DNA from: an uncultured Pelagibacteraceae bacterium
Lineage (GTDB): Bacteria; Pseudomonadota; Alphaproteobacteria; Pelagibacterales; Pelagibacteraceae
Length of the DNA stretch: 64,000 nucleotides
Direction of reading: 5' to 3'
NCBI GenBank assembly: GCA_902577075.1
Contig: CACGXV010000002.1
Span: 42,858-106,857 of the forward strand
The first letter of the stretch is position 1; each line of letters begins with the position of its first letter. Shown here one piece after another: positions 32,888 through 43,298 of the stretch. The translations under genes and the position numbers were made by a program. The notes under the pieces are model-generated. The model ran no database searches and was not told the origin of the DNA. It was given only the letters and a program-made list of their open reading frames with translations.

Positions 32888-33694
32888 TCAATTAACTTTC
32901 TGAAGTTGACCGCCTAATATAAACTGGGTAATGCTTAATGCCAAACCATTTTCAGGATTAGCTTCAATTATCGCTCCACAAAGAGAAGCTTCTCCCTCTG
33001 CTGGAAAATGCTTTACCGAAGTTCTTTTAAAGAACCTATTAAGAGAATTTTCAGTGTTCATTCCAATAACTGAATTATAATCACCGCACATACCTGCATC
33101 AGTTAAATATGCAGTCCCTTTATTAAGAATTCTTCCATCATTCGTAGGTACATGAGTATGGGTACCAACTACAAAAGTTGCATTTCCATCAAATACATGA
33201 CCAATAGCCATCTTTTCACTTGTAATCTCACCATGAAAATCAACAATTAAAAAATCAAATTTTTCTTTTAATTTATTTTCGTTAATAAATTGTTTGCTTT
33301 TTATGAACACATCATCACATTTTTTCATAAAGACATTGCCCATTAAATTTAAAACTCCAACTTTAAATCCTCCGATTGTATCATAGATCCCAAAGCCTTG
33401 ACCTGGAACAACACCTGATAAATTTAATGGTCTTAATAATCTCTTTTGTCCTTTTATAAATTCTAATGTTTCCTTTTGATCCCATACATGATTACCAGTT
33501 GTAATTACATCAATACCACAACTTAGTAATTCATTTACAATATTTTCTGTTATTCCAACTCCTTCCTTTGCGGCATTCTCTCCATTTACAACAACAAAAT
33601 GAATATTTTTTTTTTTTATTATATTTGGTAAAAATTTTTTAATGGCAACACATCCACTATTTCCTACTATATCTCCTAAAAATAAAATATTCAT
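32888..33694 (-). CDS. YmdB-like metallophosphoesterase
   Basis: GDIVG, NGEN, TGNHVWD, DFHGEITSEK, GTHTHVPT, TDAGMCG. Confidence 0.93.
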   Translation of the reverse strand: MNILFLGDIVGNSGCVAIKKFLPNIIKKKNIHFVVVNGENAAKEGVGITENIVNELLSCGIDVITTGNHVWDQKETLEFIKGQKRLLRPLNLSGVVPGQGFGIYDTIGGFKVGVLNLMGNVFMKKCDDVFIKSKQFINENKLKEKFDFLIVDFHGEITSEKMAIGHVFDGNATFVVGTHTHVPTNDGRILNKGTAYLTDAGMCGDYNSVIGMNTENSLNRFFKRTSVKHFPAEGEASLCGAIIEANPENGLALSITQFILGGQLQKVN

Positions 33695-34236
33695 TTAATA
33701 ATTTTCTTATCAGTTAAAATTATATCTAATTTTTGATCAAATTTATTTATAGGAATCGATTTCAATTCTTGAAAAGAGAAAGCAAATCCAACAGTCAACA
33801 CCTTTTTAAAATTTAAAACTTTATTAATATATCTATCATAATACCCTCCCCCGTAACCTAATCTGAATTTATTTTTATCAAACCCGACTAGAGGAACAAT
33901 CAAAACATCTGGGAAAACTTTTTTTTTGCGATTAGGCTCTGGGATGCCTCGCTTATTTACTTTTAAAGGTTCTTGAAAAGACCAATCATAAAAATCCATA
34001 CTGTTGTTTTTCTTTACCACAGGTAAGGAAATTTTAAATTTATTTTTTTCTAATTCTTCTAAAACCTCTAAACATCCGATCTCACTATTAATTGGAAAAT
34101 AGCCACCAATAAAAATTTTTTTTTTTAAATAAAATTTATTTAATATCTTTTCAAATTTTGGAAAACTTATTTTTTGCCCTGCAAAATAATTTTTTCTTAA
34201 ATCAATTAATTTTTTTCTTAAAATTTCCTTAGACAC
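33691..34236 (-). CDS. ygfA: 5-formyltetrahydrofolate cyclo-ligase
   Basis: GIPEP, VPLVGFD...RLGYGGGYYDR; GTG start. Confidence 0.94.
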   Translation of the reverse strand: MSKEILRKKLIDLRKNYFAGQKISFPKFEKILNKFYLKKKIFIGGYFPINSEIGCLEVLEELEKNKFKISLPVVKKNNSMDFYDWSFQEPLKVNKRGIPEPNRKKKVFPDVLIVPLVGFDKNKFRLGYGGGYYDRYINKVLNFKKVLTVGFAFSFQELKSIPINKFDQKLDIILTDKKIIK

Positions 34237-34241
34237 ATTAA

Positions 34242-34688
34242 TTACTGGGTCTTGGTATCTGGATCATTTCTTTTAATAAAATTCTCAATTTCAATTGTAG
34301 TCTTATCGACTAAATTTTCATAATCATTTCTATTAGATTCGAGTTCATTCTTAAGATTATTTTGGTTAACACTTAATTGAGAAATTTCTTTTTCCTTCAG
34401 ATCTTTATAATTATAAACCAAAGTTTTAAGTTCTTTAAACTTCTCAGTTATATTATTAATTTCACTTTTTTGCATATCAATTTTTTTTTTTGTTTCATAA
34501 TATTCATCTAAAACTGAAATTGATGTGATTAATAAAAGCTTACTTTCTCCAATATTTCCTAATGAATTCTTAAGACTGATAAATTTTTCATTTAAATAAA
34601 AAGACAATTCCTCTAAATGTTCCTCTTGACCATCATCACATGATAACAAAAATTCTTTTCCATTAAATTTAATATTTACATTTGCCAT
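34242..34688 (-). CDS. zapA: Cell division protein ZapA
   Basis: MANVNIKFNGKEFLLSCDDGQEEHL, IGESKLLL; zapA-ygfA synteny. Confidence 0.88.
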   Translation of the reverse strand: MANVNIKFNGKEFLLSCDDGQEEHLEELSFYLNEKFISLKNSLGNIGESKLLLITSISVLDEYYETKKKIDMQKSEINNITEKFKELKTLVYNYKDLKEKEISQLSVNQNNLKNELESNRNDYENLVDKTTIEIENFIKRNDPDTKTQ

Positions 34689-34999
34689 TTATCAATTTCT
34701 TCCATCAAATTATCTGTTTCTTGATTTAATTCATCAATTTTCTCAGAAAATTCATCTTCTTTTTTTTTTTCCTCAAAATCTCTTTTCTTAAAATCTTCAA
34801 ATTTCTGCTTAAGTATCTCATTTTCTTGATGTAATAAGTTATATCTTTCCTCAATTTCTTTCTTTTCAATTTCTAATTGATTTTTTTGGCTCGCTAGATT
34901 TTCTAACTCTAAAATTTTATTTGGTTTTATATTTTCAAGATTCTTCAATTTTTTTAAAGTTTCTAATAATTTTTTTTCTTTTTCACTAATTGATTTCAT
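34676..34999 (-). CDS. Coiled-coil hypothetical protein upstream of zapA
   Basis: Continuous E/K/L/Q heptads. Likely start is ATG 34999; overlaps the zapA start. Confidence 0.7.
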   Translation of the reverse strand: MKSISEKEKKLLETLKKLKNLENIKPNKILELENLASQKNQLEIEKKEIEERYNLLHQENEILKQKFEDFKKRDFEEKKKEDEFSEKIDELNQETDNLMEEIDKWQM

Positions 35000-35052
35000 A
35001 TATATATCTATAATAATAAATAGATTCACCTAAGTCTACAAAGGATAAATTT

Positions 35053-37011
35053 TTGAGAGAAATAAATAAAATCTTGTCTAACTCAATACGTGCTCTATCA
35101 ATGGATGCTGTACAGAAAGCTAATTCTGGACATCCAGGTATGCCTATGGGGATGGCAGATGTATCAACAATTCTTTTTAAGTATTTTTTAAAATTCAATC
35201 CTAAAAATCCTAGTTGGCTGAATCGAGATAGATTCGTTTTATCTGCAGGTCACGGGTCAATGCTATTATATTCTTTGCTTTATTTGACAGGTTATAAAAG
35301 TGTTAAACTTAAAGACATAAAAAATTTTAGACAGATTAATTCAATTTGTGCAGGTCATCCTGAATATGTTAAAAATTCTGGAATTGAAACTACAACTGGG
35401 CCTTTGGGACAAGGAATTTCCAATGCTGTTGGTTTTGCATTAGCTGAGGAAATTTTAAAAAAAAAACTCGGAAAAAATATTATAAATCATAAAACTTATG
35501 TAGTTGCAGGCGATGGTTGTCTTATGGAGGGTATTAGCCACGAGGCAATGAGTTTGGCAGGTCATTTAAAACTAAAAAATCTAATAATGCTATTTGACAA
35601 TAATTCTATATCTATCGATGGACCAACAAATTTGGCTGTTTCTGATAATTTCAAAAAAAGATTTGAAAGTTATGGTTGGAATTACATTTTAATTAATGGT
35701 CATGAAGAAAAAGAGATATTTGAAGCACTAAAAAAAGTTCAAAAAGCAAAAAAACCAACTGTAATCTCTTGTAAAACTAAAATAGGTTATGGATCGCCTA
35801 ATAAATCTGGAAAAGCCTCTTCTCATGGAAGTCCTCTGGGTGCCGAAGAAATTAAATTAGTTCGAGAAAAATTATCATGGAGTTATAAACCTTTTGAAAT
35901 ACCTAAAAATATATTAAAGCATTGGAGAGAAATCGGGAGAAAAGGAGAAAAAATTGAATATAAATGGCACAAAATTTTTAAAAAGAAGAAAAATAGAATA
36001 AATAAATTTTTCAAAAATAATTTTAAAACGTCTTTGGTTGATGAAAAAAAAATAGCTTTAAAAGAAAGTAAAACTCAGGCTTCAAGAAAATCTTCAGAGT
36101 CAGTAATCAGTTCTCTTATAAAAAAAAGCAATACACTTATTGGAGGATCTGCTGATCTTGCTGGATCTAATAATACCAAAACAAAAATTCATACAATTGT
36201 AAAACCAGGAAAATTTGGTGGAAACTATATACATTACGGAGTAAGAGAACACGCAATGTGTGGGATTATGAATGGATTAGCCTTACATAGCAAATTAATA
36301 CCTTATGGAGGAACTTTTTTAATTTTTTCAGATTATTGCAAACCATCAATAAGACTAGCAGCAATGATGGAACAACAGGTAATATATATAATGACACATG
36401 ACTCTATAGGACTTGGAGAGGATGGACCAACACATCAACCTATAGAACAATTGTCCGGCTTGAGGGCTATTCCAAACCTTAATGTTTTTAGACCTGCAGA
36501 CAGATTGGAAACTGTTGAATGTTGGGATTATGCACTTAAGAGTTTAAAAACACCTAGTATTCTATCCTTAACCCGACAGAATCTCAAACCTATAAGAAAT
36601 AAATATTCTACAATTAATAAGTGCTCTTTAGGAGCATATGAAGTTCTAAGAACTAACAAAAAAATAAAATTAACTATTTTGGCAAGTGGTTCAGAGGTAA
36701 GCTTAGCTATTGAGGCTAGCCATAAATTAGCCAAATATAAGATATATTCAAAAGTTATTTCGGCACCATGTATGGAACTTTTTGATTTACAATCAAATGT
36801 ATATAAAAATAAAATTCTTAACGAGACTAAATTCAAAATATCGATTGAGGCTGGATCGATCGATTATTGGAAAAAATATGTTGGTGACTTTGGAATGACT
36901 TTTGGAATTGACGAATTTGGAAAAAGTGCACCTTATAAAGATATTTATAAGTATTTTGGATTAAGTGCTTCAAATATTGCAAACAAATCAAAAAGTTTAA
37001 TAAAATCCTAG
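35053..37011 (+). CDS. tkt: Transketolase (housekeeping)
   Basis: [48 protein letters not shown]. Confidence 0.97.
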   Translation: MREINKILSNSIRALSMDAVQKANSGHPGMPMGMADVSTILFKYFLKFNPKNPSWLNRDRFVLSAGHGSMLLYSLLYLTGYKSVKLKDIKNFRQINSICAGHPEYVKNSGIETTTGPLGQGISNAVGFALAEEILKKKLGKNIINHKTYVVAGDGCLMEGISHEAMSLAGHLKLKNLIMLFDNNSISIDGPTNLAVSDNFKKRFESYGWNYILINGHEEKEIFEALKKVQKAKKPTVISCKTKIGYGSPNKSGKASSHGSPLGAEEIKLVREKLSWSYKPFEIPKNILKHWREIGRKGEKIEYKWHKIFKKKKNRINKFFKNNFKTSLVDEKKIALKESKTQASRKSSESVISSLIKKSNTLIGGSADLAGSNNTKTKIHTIVKPGKFGGNYIHYGVREHAMCGIMNGLALHSKLIPYGGTFLIFSDYCKPSIRLAAMMEQQVIYIMTHDSIGLGEDGPTHQPIEQLSGLRAIPNLNVFRPADRLETVECWDYALKSLKTPSILSLTRQNLKPIRNKYSTINKCSLGAYEVLRTNKKIKLTILASGSEVSLAIEASHKLAKYKIYSKVISAPCMELFDLQSNVYKNKILNETKFKISIEAGSIDYWKKYVGDFGMTFGIDEFGKSAPYKDIYKYFGLSASNIANKSKSLIKS

Positions 37012-37018
37012 TTTAGAT

Positions 37019-38026
37019 ATGACAATTAAAATCGGAATCAATGGAATGGGAAGAATTGGACGAATGGTAATTAGATCAATTATTGAAAATCAAAATAATA
37101 ATTTAAAAATTAATCATATAAATAATAGATCGAGAGCAGAGTCTACTTACAAATTAATTAAATACGACTCTATTCATGGAAAATTTAATGCAGATGTAAA
37201 ATTTGATGAAAAGCATTTAATGATAAACAAAAATAAGATTACTTTTTCTCAAGAGTCGAAAATTGAAAATATTAACTGGCAAAAGTATGATGTTGACTAT
37301 GTGTTCGAATGTACAGGAAAATTTAATTCTAAAGAAAAATTACTTGGTCACATAGAAAATGGAGCAAAAAAAGTAATTGTCTCTGCTCCATGTAAAAATG
37401 CAGATAAAACAATAGTTATTGGAGTAAACGAAAAAATCTTATCTAAAAACGATAAAATAATTTCTGCCGCTTCATGTACTACTAATTGTTTAGCACCAGT
37501 TGTAGATGTTCTGAACAATAATTTTGAAATTGAAAAAGGATTTATGACTACGATCCATGCATTTACAAGCGATCAAAGAATTTTGGATAACTCACATAAA
37601 GACCCAAGAAGAGCAAGGGCGGCTAGTCAATCAATTATTCCTACATCGACTGGTGCATCAAAGGCGATAGGAGATATTATTCCAAGTCTTAAAGGGAAAT
37701 TAGAGGGAGTGGCAATGAGGGTGCCTACTCCTAACGTGTCATTGGTTGAGCTGGTATTCTGTACAAAAAAAACAATTAGTATAGAAAAAATAAATCATGT
37801 ATTTGAGAATGCGTCTAAAAATAATCTAAAAAAAATTCTAGAAATTACCAATGAAAAGCTAGTTTCAATTGACTTTAATCACAATGCAGCTTCAGCAATA
37901 GTTGATACTTCATTGACAAGTGTTGTTGGTACCAATATGGGTAAAATATCTGCCTGGTATGATAATGAATGGGGTTTTTCAAATAGAATGTGCGATATTG
38001 CTGAAAAATTGCATAAAATCTCTTGA
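37019..38026 (+). CDS. gap: Type I glyceraldehyde-3-phosphate dehydrogenase
   Basis: INGMGRIGR, ASCTTNCLAP, TSTGAS, RVPTPNVS, WYDNEWGFS. Confidence 0.95.
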   Translation: MTIKIGINGMGRIGRMVIRSIIENQNNNLKINHINNRSRAESTYKLIKYDSIHGKFNADVKFDEKHLMINKNKITFSQESKIENINWQKYDVDYVFECTGKFNSKEKLLGHIENGAKKVIVSAPCKNADKTIVIGVNEKILSKNDKIISAASCTTNCLAPVVDVLNNNFEIEKGFMTTIHAFTSDQRILDNSHKDPRRARAASQSIIPTSTGASKAIGDIIPSLKGKLEGVAMRVPTPNVSLVELVFCTKKTISIEKINHVFENASKNNLKKILEITNEKLVSIDFNHNAASAIVDTSLTSVVGTNMGKISAWYDNEWGFSNRMCDIAEKLHKIS

Positions 38027-39213
38027 TGAGAAGTATTACAAAAGAGAAAAATCTTAACGGAAAAGTAATATTGTTAAGGTTAGATTTAAATGTACCGTTA
38101 AAAAATGAAAAAATAAGCGACACAACAAGAATTGATAAAATTTTACCTACTTTAAATTTTTTAATTCAAAAAAAAACAAAAATCGTAATTTTATCTCATA
38201 TTGGAAGACCAAAAGGAAAAATTATTAAACAACTGTCTCTGAAACCAATATCTGAAAATTTGGAAAAAAATTTGAATTTAAGAGTTAAATTAATAGATCA
38301 AAATATAAATGAAATCAAAAATAAAAAATTCTTTGATAATTTTGATGAAGAAATTTTTATATTAGAAAATATTAGATTTTATGCTGAGGAAGAAATGAAT
38401 GATCTTAAATTTGCAAAACAATTGGCTAACCTTGGTGATATTTATGTAAATGATGCGTTTTCTTGTTCTCATAGATCGCATGCTTCTATTCAACAACTTC
38501 CAAAGTTATTACCATCATTTTCAGGATTACAATTTGACTTAGAAGTAAATGCTCTTAATAAAATAACTTCCAAAATTATAAAGCCAATAACCTGTATTAT
38601 TGGGGGATCTAAAATTTCGACCAAAATAAATATAATTAAAAATTTAATTCCAAAATTTGACAGTATTATTATTGTTGGTGGTATGGCAAATAATTTTATT
38701 AAATATTTTGGCAATAATATTGGAAAATCAGTAATTGAAAAAAATTGTGATGAAATTGTTGCAGAAATTAATTCACTTTCAAAAAAAGAGGGATGTAAAT
38801 TAATTTATCCTGAGGATGTGCTTGTATCAAAAGATTTTAATGGTTCTTCTCAAATAAAAGCAATAGATCAAATTGAGCCTGACGAAATGATCTTAGATAT
38901 TGGTCCTAAAACTATTGATCAAATAACAAATATTATTGATAAAAGTAAAACAGTTTTATGGAATGGTCCAGCTGGATATTTTGAAAACCCAAATTTTGCC
39001 AAAGGAAGTATTAAAATAGCAAAAAAAATAATTGAAAATAATAAAACCAACAATATATTTTCAGTTGTTGGCGGTGGAGACACTGTTTCATTATTAAACA
39101 GCTTAAAGGTTGTTAATAATTTTAATTTTGTTTCAACTGCAGGTGGAGCTTTTTTGGAATATCTTGAAGGTAAAAAGCTTCCTGGTATAACCGCTCTAGA
39201 TCAACATGTCTGA
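38026..39213 (+). CDS. pgk: Phosphoglycerate kinase
   Basis: RLDLNVP, SHIGRP, LENIRF, VNDAFSCSHR, WNGPAG, GGGDT, STAGGAFLE. Confidence 0.97.
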   Translation: MRSITKEKNLNGKVILLRLDLNVPLKNEKISDTTRIDKILPTLNFLIQKKTKIVILSHIGRPKGKIIKQLSLKPISENLEKNLNLRVKLIDQNINEIKNKKFFDNFDEEIFILENIRFYAEEEMNDLKFAKQLANLGDIYVNDAFSCSHRSHASIQQLPKLLPSFSGLQFDLEVNALNKITSKIIKPITCIIGGSKISTKINIIKNLIPKFDSIIIVGGMANNFIKYFGNNIGKSVIEKNCDEIVAEINSLSKKEGCKLIYPEDVLVSKDFNGSSQIKAIDQIEPDEMILDIGPKTIDQITNIIDKSKTVLWNGPAGYFENPNFAKGSIKIAKKIIENNKTNNIFSVVGGGDTVSLLNSLKVVNNFNFVSTAGGAFLEYLEGKKLPGITALDQHV

Positions 39214-40216
39214 GTTAAATAAAATTGCACTTAAGATAATATCTAATGGCAAAGGTATCCTAGCCGCTGATGAGAGTAATGGAACCATGACAAAAAGACT
39301 TGAAGCGGTAAATGTTAATTCAACCCCTGAAAATAGACTTTTATTTAGAGAAATACTCTTTTCATCGGAGAGTATGAAAAAGTATATTGGTGGTGTAATT
39401 CTTTTTGATGAGACTATAAATCAAACAACCAGTTCGGGAAAATTAATTCCTGATTTAATTTCCTCTTCAGGTGCATTACCAGGAATAAAAGTTGACACAG
39501 GTGCAAAAATTTTAGCGAACTCCTCTGATGAAAAGATCACTGAAGGATTGGATGGGCTAAGAGAAAGATTAAAAAAATATTACAAACTTGGGGCTCGATT
39601 TACTAAATGGAGAGCAGTTTATATTATAACTGAAAAATATCCTAGTATATTAGCAATTAATTGCAATGCTCATTCACTCGCAAGATACTCTGCATTAGTT
39701 CAGGAGAGTGGAATGGTTCCTATAGTAGAACCTGAGGTACTAATGGAAGGAAATCACTCTGCAGAGATATGCTTTGAAAAAACATCGGAAGTTATAAAAA
39801 AGTGTTTTGACGAATTGATTTTACATAAAGTTGATCTATCAGGAATTATTTTAAAACCGAATATGATATTAAGCGGTGACCAATCAATAAATAAAATTTC
39901 AAATGAAGAGGTTTCATATAAAACGCTTGAATGTTTAAAAAATTCAGTTCCTAGTGAAGTGCCTGGAGTTGCTTTCTTGTCTGGTGGACAATCAGAACTA
40001 GAAGCAACAAAAAATTTAAATTTAATAAATAAAAACAACAATACTAATTTCATTATGACTTATTCATATGGAAGGGCTCTTCAACAAAGCGCTCTAAGAG
40101 AATGGTCAAAAAATATCAAAGATAAAGTTTCAACTCAAAATATTTTTAACCATAGAGCTAAAATGTGCTCCTTAGCTTCAAAAGGGGAATGGTCAAGCAA
40201 TCTTGAAAACCTATAA
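39206..40216 (+). CDS. Class I fructose-bisphosphate aldolase
   Basis: GKGILAADES, PGIKVD, ARFTKWRAV, VPIVEPEV, LKPNM, FLSGGQSE, SYGRALQ. Confidence 0.96.
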   Translation: MSELNKIALKIISNGKGILAADESNGTMTKRLEAVNVNSTPENRLLFREILFSSESMKKYIGGVILFDETINQTTSSGKLIPDLISSSGALPGIKVDTGAKILANSSDEKITEGLDGLRERLKKYYKLGARFTKWRAVYIITEKYPSILAINCNAHSLARYSALVQESGMVPIVEPEVLMEGNHSAEICFEKTSEVIKKCFDELILHKVDLSGIILKPNMILSGDQSINKISNEEVSYKTLECLKNSVPSEVPGVAFLSGGQSELEATKNLNLINKNNNTNFIMTYSYGRALQQSALREWSKNIKDKVSTQNIFNHRAKMCSLASKGEWSSNLENL

Positions 40217-40817
40217 AAAAAAATTTATTTATCTTATTTCTCCAAATAAATTAAATAAGGAATTTTTTAAAAATCTTAAATTAGTATTAAGAACAAAGAA
40301 AGTAGGCCTGTTTCAAATGAGATTTAAAAATTATTCTTTTAATAAGAAATTAATTATTGGAAAAAAAATAAAAAAAATATGTAAAGATAACGAAGTCAAA
40401 TTTATAGTAAATGATGACCCTTGGTTGACACAGAAACTTGACGCTGATGGTTGCCATTTGGGTCAAAAGGACATGATTTTAGAAGAAGCAAAAAAAATTA
40501 TTGGTAATAAAATAATCGGTATTACTTGTCATAATTCAATTAGACTTGCTAAAAAGGCCATTAATGCAGGAGCTGATTATTTAGCATTTGGAGCTTTTTA
40601 TGCTACAAAAACAAAAGACACAAAATATAAATCATCGACAAAAATTATTAATAAAGTAAAGAAAATTACCAATATCCCGATTGTTGCAATTGGTGGGATT
40701 AATTCTAAAAATTATAAAAATCTATTATTGAACAAAGCTGATTTTTTGGCTATCTCAAGCTACATTTGGAATAATAAAAAAAATAAACCAAAACAAGCGA
40801 TTGAACTATTAAAATGA
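40203..40817 (+). CDS. thiE: Thiamine phosphate synthase
   Basis: QMRFK, IVNDD, DGCHLGQKD, GITCHNS, ADYLAFG, VAIGGI. Confidence 0.9.
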   Translation: MKTYKKKFIYLISPNKLNKEFFKNLKLVLRTKKVGLFQMRFKNYSFNKKLIIGKKIKKICKDNEVKFIVNDDPWLTQKLDADGCHLGQKDMILEEAKKIIGNKIIGITCHNSIRLAKKAINAGADYLAFGAFYATKTKDTKYKSSTKIINKVKKITNIPIVAIGGINSKNYKNLLLNKADFLAISSYIWNNKKNKPKQAIELLK

Positions 40818-41374
40818 AAATTAATGCTAGTGAAATTAGAGTTGGAATGCTTTTAGAATATAAAAATGATTTATGGCAGGTTCTTAAAACTCAACACGTC
40901 AAGCCAGGTAAAGGTGGAGCATTTGCTCAAGTGGAAATGAAAAGTGTAGGTAAAAATACTAAATTAAATGAAAGATTTAGATCAAGTGAGTCAGTTGAGA
41001 AAGCTTCATTGGATGAGACAAACCATACTTACCTTTATGAAAACGAAAATAATTATTTTTTTATGAATCCTAAATCGTTTGAACAAATAGAAATTAAAAA
41101 AGAAATTATTGGTGAAAAAGGCAAGTTGCTTACTGAAAATTTAGAAGTACTAGTTAGTTTTTACAATGAAAATCCAATATCAGTGGAACTTCCAAATCAA
41201 GTTAAATGTAGAATAAATACAACGGATGCAGCGATAAAAGGACAAACAGTTTCATCATCTTATAAACCTGCTGAGCTAGATAATGGAATAAAGATTCAAG
41301 TCCCACCATTTGTTGAAGCAGGCGATGAAATTTTCTTAGATACAAGAACTTTAGAATACGTAAAAAAAATATAA
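40814..41374 (+). CDS. efp: Elongation factor P
   Basis: HVKPGKGGAF, KGQTVSSSYKPA, VPPFV. Confidence 0.97.
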   Translation: MKINASEIRVGMLLEYKNDLWQVLKTQHVKPGKGGAFAQVEMKSVGKNTKLNERFRSSESVEKASLDETNHTYLYENENNYFFMNPKSFEQIEIKKEIIGEKGKLLTENLEVLVSFYNENPISVELPNQVKCRINTTDAAIKGQTVSSSYKPAELDNGIKIQVPPFVEAGDEIFLDTRTLEYVKKI

Positions 41375-41378
41375 TTTT

Positions 41379-42125
41379 ATGAATTCAATTTCACCAATTC
41401 TTAATATAATGATTAAAGCTGCAGAAAAAGCATCCAAAACTATTATAAGAGATTTTGGTGAAATAGAAAATTTACAGGTTGCAAAAAAGGGACCAAGAGA
41501 TTTTGTAACCAAAACGGATAAACGAGTTGAAGAAATATTAGTAGATGAATTATCTAAAGCAAAAAAAAATTATTCATTTTTAACTGAAGAGAGTGGTAAG
41601 ATAGAAAAAAATGATAAAGATAAAGTTTGGATAATTGATCCAATCGATGGGACTACGAATTTTCTACATGGAATACCACATTTTGCAATTTCAATTGCAC
41701 TTCAAATTGATAACGATATTAAATCAGCACTAATCTACGATCCTATTAAAAATGAAACTTATTTTGCTGAAAATAACTTTGGTGCATATTTTAATAATCA
41801 AAGAGTTAGAGTTTCAAGAAAAAATAATTTAGATGATTGCCTATTTTCCTCTGATGCAAAAGGACTTAAGTCTATTTTCCCCTTATTAAATATTAGGAAT
41901 TCAGGTAGTGCAGCTTTGGATTTGGCATATGTTGGATCTGGAAGATTAGATGGATGTTTTCAAAATAATCTAAATTTATGGGATATAGCTGCAGGTATTT
42001 TAATCGTAAAAGAAGCAGGAGGAATTATAAATAATATAGGTGAGTTTGATGACAATAATATAAATATTAGAGCAGCAAGTAGTGATATTTATCATAAAAT
42101 GATGGAAAAATTAGATAAGTTTTAA
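41379..42125 (+). CDS. suhB: Inositol monophosphatase family protein SuhB
   Basis: [33 protein letters not shown]. Confidence 0.92.
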   Translation: MNSISPILNIMIKAAEKASKTIIRDFGEIENLQVAKKGPRDFVTKTDKRVEEILVDELSKAKKNYSFLTEESGKIEKNDKDKVWIIDPIDGTTNFLHGIPHFAISIALQIDNDIKSALIYDPIKNETYFAENNFGAYFNNQRVRVSRKNNLDDCLFSSDAKGLKSIFPLLNIRNSGSAALDLAYVGSGRLDGCFQNNLNLWDIAAGILIVKEAGGIINNIGEFDDNNINIRAASSDIYHKMMEKLDKF

Positions 42126-42160
42126 TTGTTTTTGTTAAACTTTTTGCTATAAGACCGCCT

Positions 42161-42388
42161 ATGAAAAAAAACTTACATCCTGACTATCATTCAATAAAGG
42201 TTGAAATGACCGATGGAAGTCAATTTGAAACCAGATCTACATGGGGTAATGAGGGTGATATATTAAAACTTGAGATAGACCCTAAATCACATTCAGCATG
42301 GACTGGTGGAAAACAAAAAATATTAGACAAAGGCCGTGTAAGTAAATTTAATAAAAAATTTCAAAATTTCAGATCAGAGGATAAGTAA
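42161..42388 (+). CDS. rpmE: 50S ribosomal protein L31 (Cys-free)
   Basis: [40 protein letters not shown]. Confidence 0.96.
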   Translation: MKKNLHPDYHSIKVEMTDGSQFETRSTWGNEGDILKLEIDPKSHSAWTGGKQKILDKGRVSKFNKKFQNFRSEDK

Positions 42389-42963
42389 TGAGCAATGCAC
42401 CACTAATGCCAATGGCAACCGCTGTTTGGTTGGTCGAAAATACATCTTTAACATTTAATCAAATAGCAAACTTTTGTAAATTACACGAAGTAGAAATTCA
42501 GGGTATTGCTGATGGAGATGTAGCAAAAGGAATAGTAGGATATAATCCTATAATAGCAGGTCAATTAACAAGAGAAGAAATAAACCTTTCATCTGAAAAT
42601 CCGAATAGACCTTTAAGTTTAAATGTTAACGAGATCGAAATAAAAAATAATGAAAAAAAATCTAAAAAATATATCCCATTATCTAAAAGACAAGATAAAC
42701 CAGACTCTGCTCTTTGGTTAATCAAACAACATTCAATTTTAAAAGACTCACAAATAGCTAAGCTTGTTGGTATTACCAAAAATTCAGCTACTGCGATTAG
42801 AAACAAAAGTTATTGGAATTTCAACAATCTTAATGCAAAGGATCCTGTGGCGATGGGACTTTTTAGTCAAAAAGATTTGCTAGAAGCCTTAGAAAAAGCT
42901 GAGAGAAGGATTAAAAGAGAAAAAAAAGAGAAAGAAAAAAAAGAAATTTTAAATAAAACATGA
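42388..42963 (+). CDS. DUF1013 family protein (TrcR-like)
   Basis: PLMPMATAVWLVENTSLTF.QIA.FC.LH..E, Y.PLSKRQDKPD, KDPVAMGL. Confidence 0.9.
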   Translation: MSNAPLMPMATAVWLVENTSLTFNQIANFCKLHEVEIQGIADGDVAKGIVGYNPIIAGQLTREEINLSSENPNRPLSLNVNEIEIKNNEKKSKKYIPLSKRQDKPDSALWLIKQHSILKDSQIAKLVGITKNSATAIRNKSYWNFNNLNAKDPVAMGLFSQKDLLEALEKAERRIKREKKEKEKKEILNKT

Positions 42964-42970
42964 ATTTAAA

Positions 42971-42999
42971 TAGACAAATAATTTATAAAGTGTTACCAA
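42971..42999 (+). promoter_or_regulatory. Putative sigma70 promoter for rpsU-tRNA-fMet
   Basis: TAGACA-17 nt-TACCAA with extended TG. Confidence 0.45.
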
Positions 43000-43020
43000 A
43001 CTTTCTTTTTGGAGGTAGTT

Positions 43021-43215
43021 ATTAAAATAGAGGTTAAAGATAATAATATTGAGCAGGCATTGAGAGTTTTGAAAAGAAAACTCCAAAGAGATGGTTTTTT
43101 TAAGATTATAAAACTTAAAAATACTTACGAGAAACCATCAGAAAAGAAAAAAAGAATTCTTCAAGAAAATATTAAAAGAGTAAAGAAATTAAACAAGCTC
43201 AAAAATAGAATTTAG
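43021..43215 (+). CDS. rpsU: 30S ribosomal protein S21 (probable ATT start; alternative TTG at 43009)
   Basis: IEVKDNNIEQALRVLKRKLQRDG...YEKPSEKKKR; SD GGAGGT at 43011-43016. Confidence 0.93.
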   Translation: MKIEVKDNNIEQALRVLKRKLQRDGFFKIIKLKNTYEKPSEKKKRILQENIKRVKKLNKLKNRI

Positions 43216-43219
43216 ACAC

Positions 43220-43296
43220 CGCGGGGTGGAGCAGCCTGGTAGCTCGCAAGGCTCATAACCTTGAGGTCGGCGGTTCAAATCCGTCCCCCGCAACCA
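43220..43296 (+). tRNA. Initiator tRNA-Met (CAU), CCA encoded
   Basis: CGCGGGGTGGAGCAGCCTGGTAGCTCGCAAGGCTCATAACCTTGAGGTCGGCGGTTCAAATCCGTCCCCCGCAACCA; C1:A72 mismatch. Confidence 0.97.
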
Positions 43297-43298
43297 AT

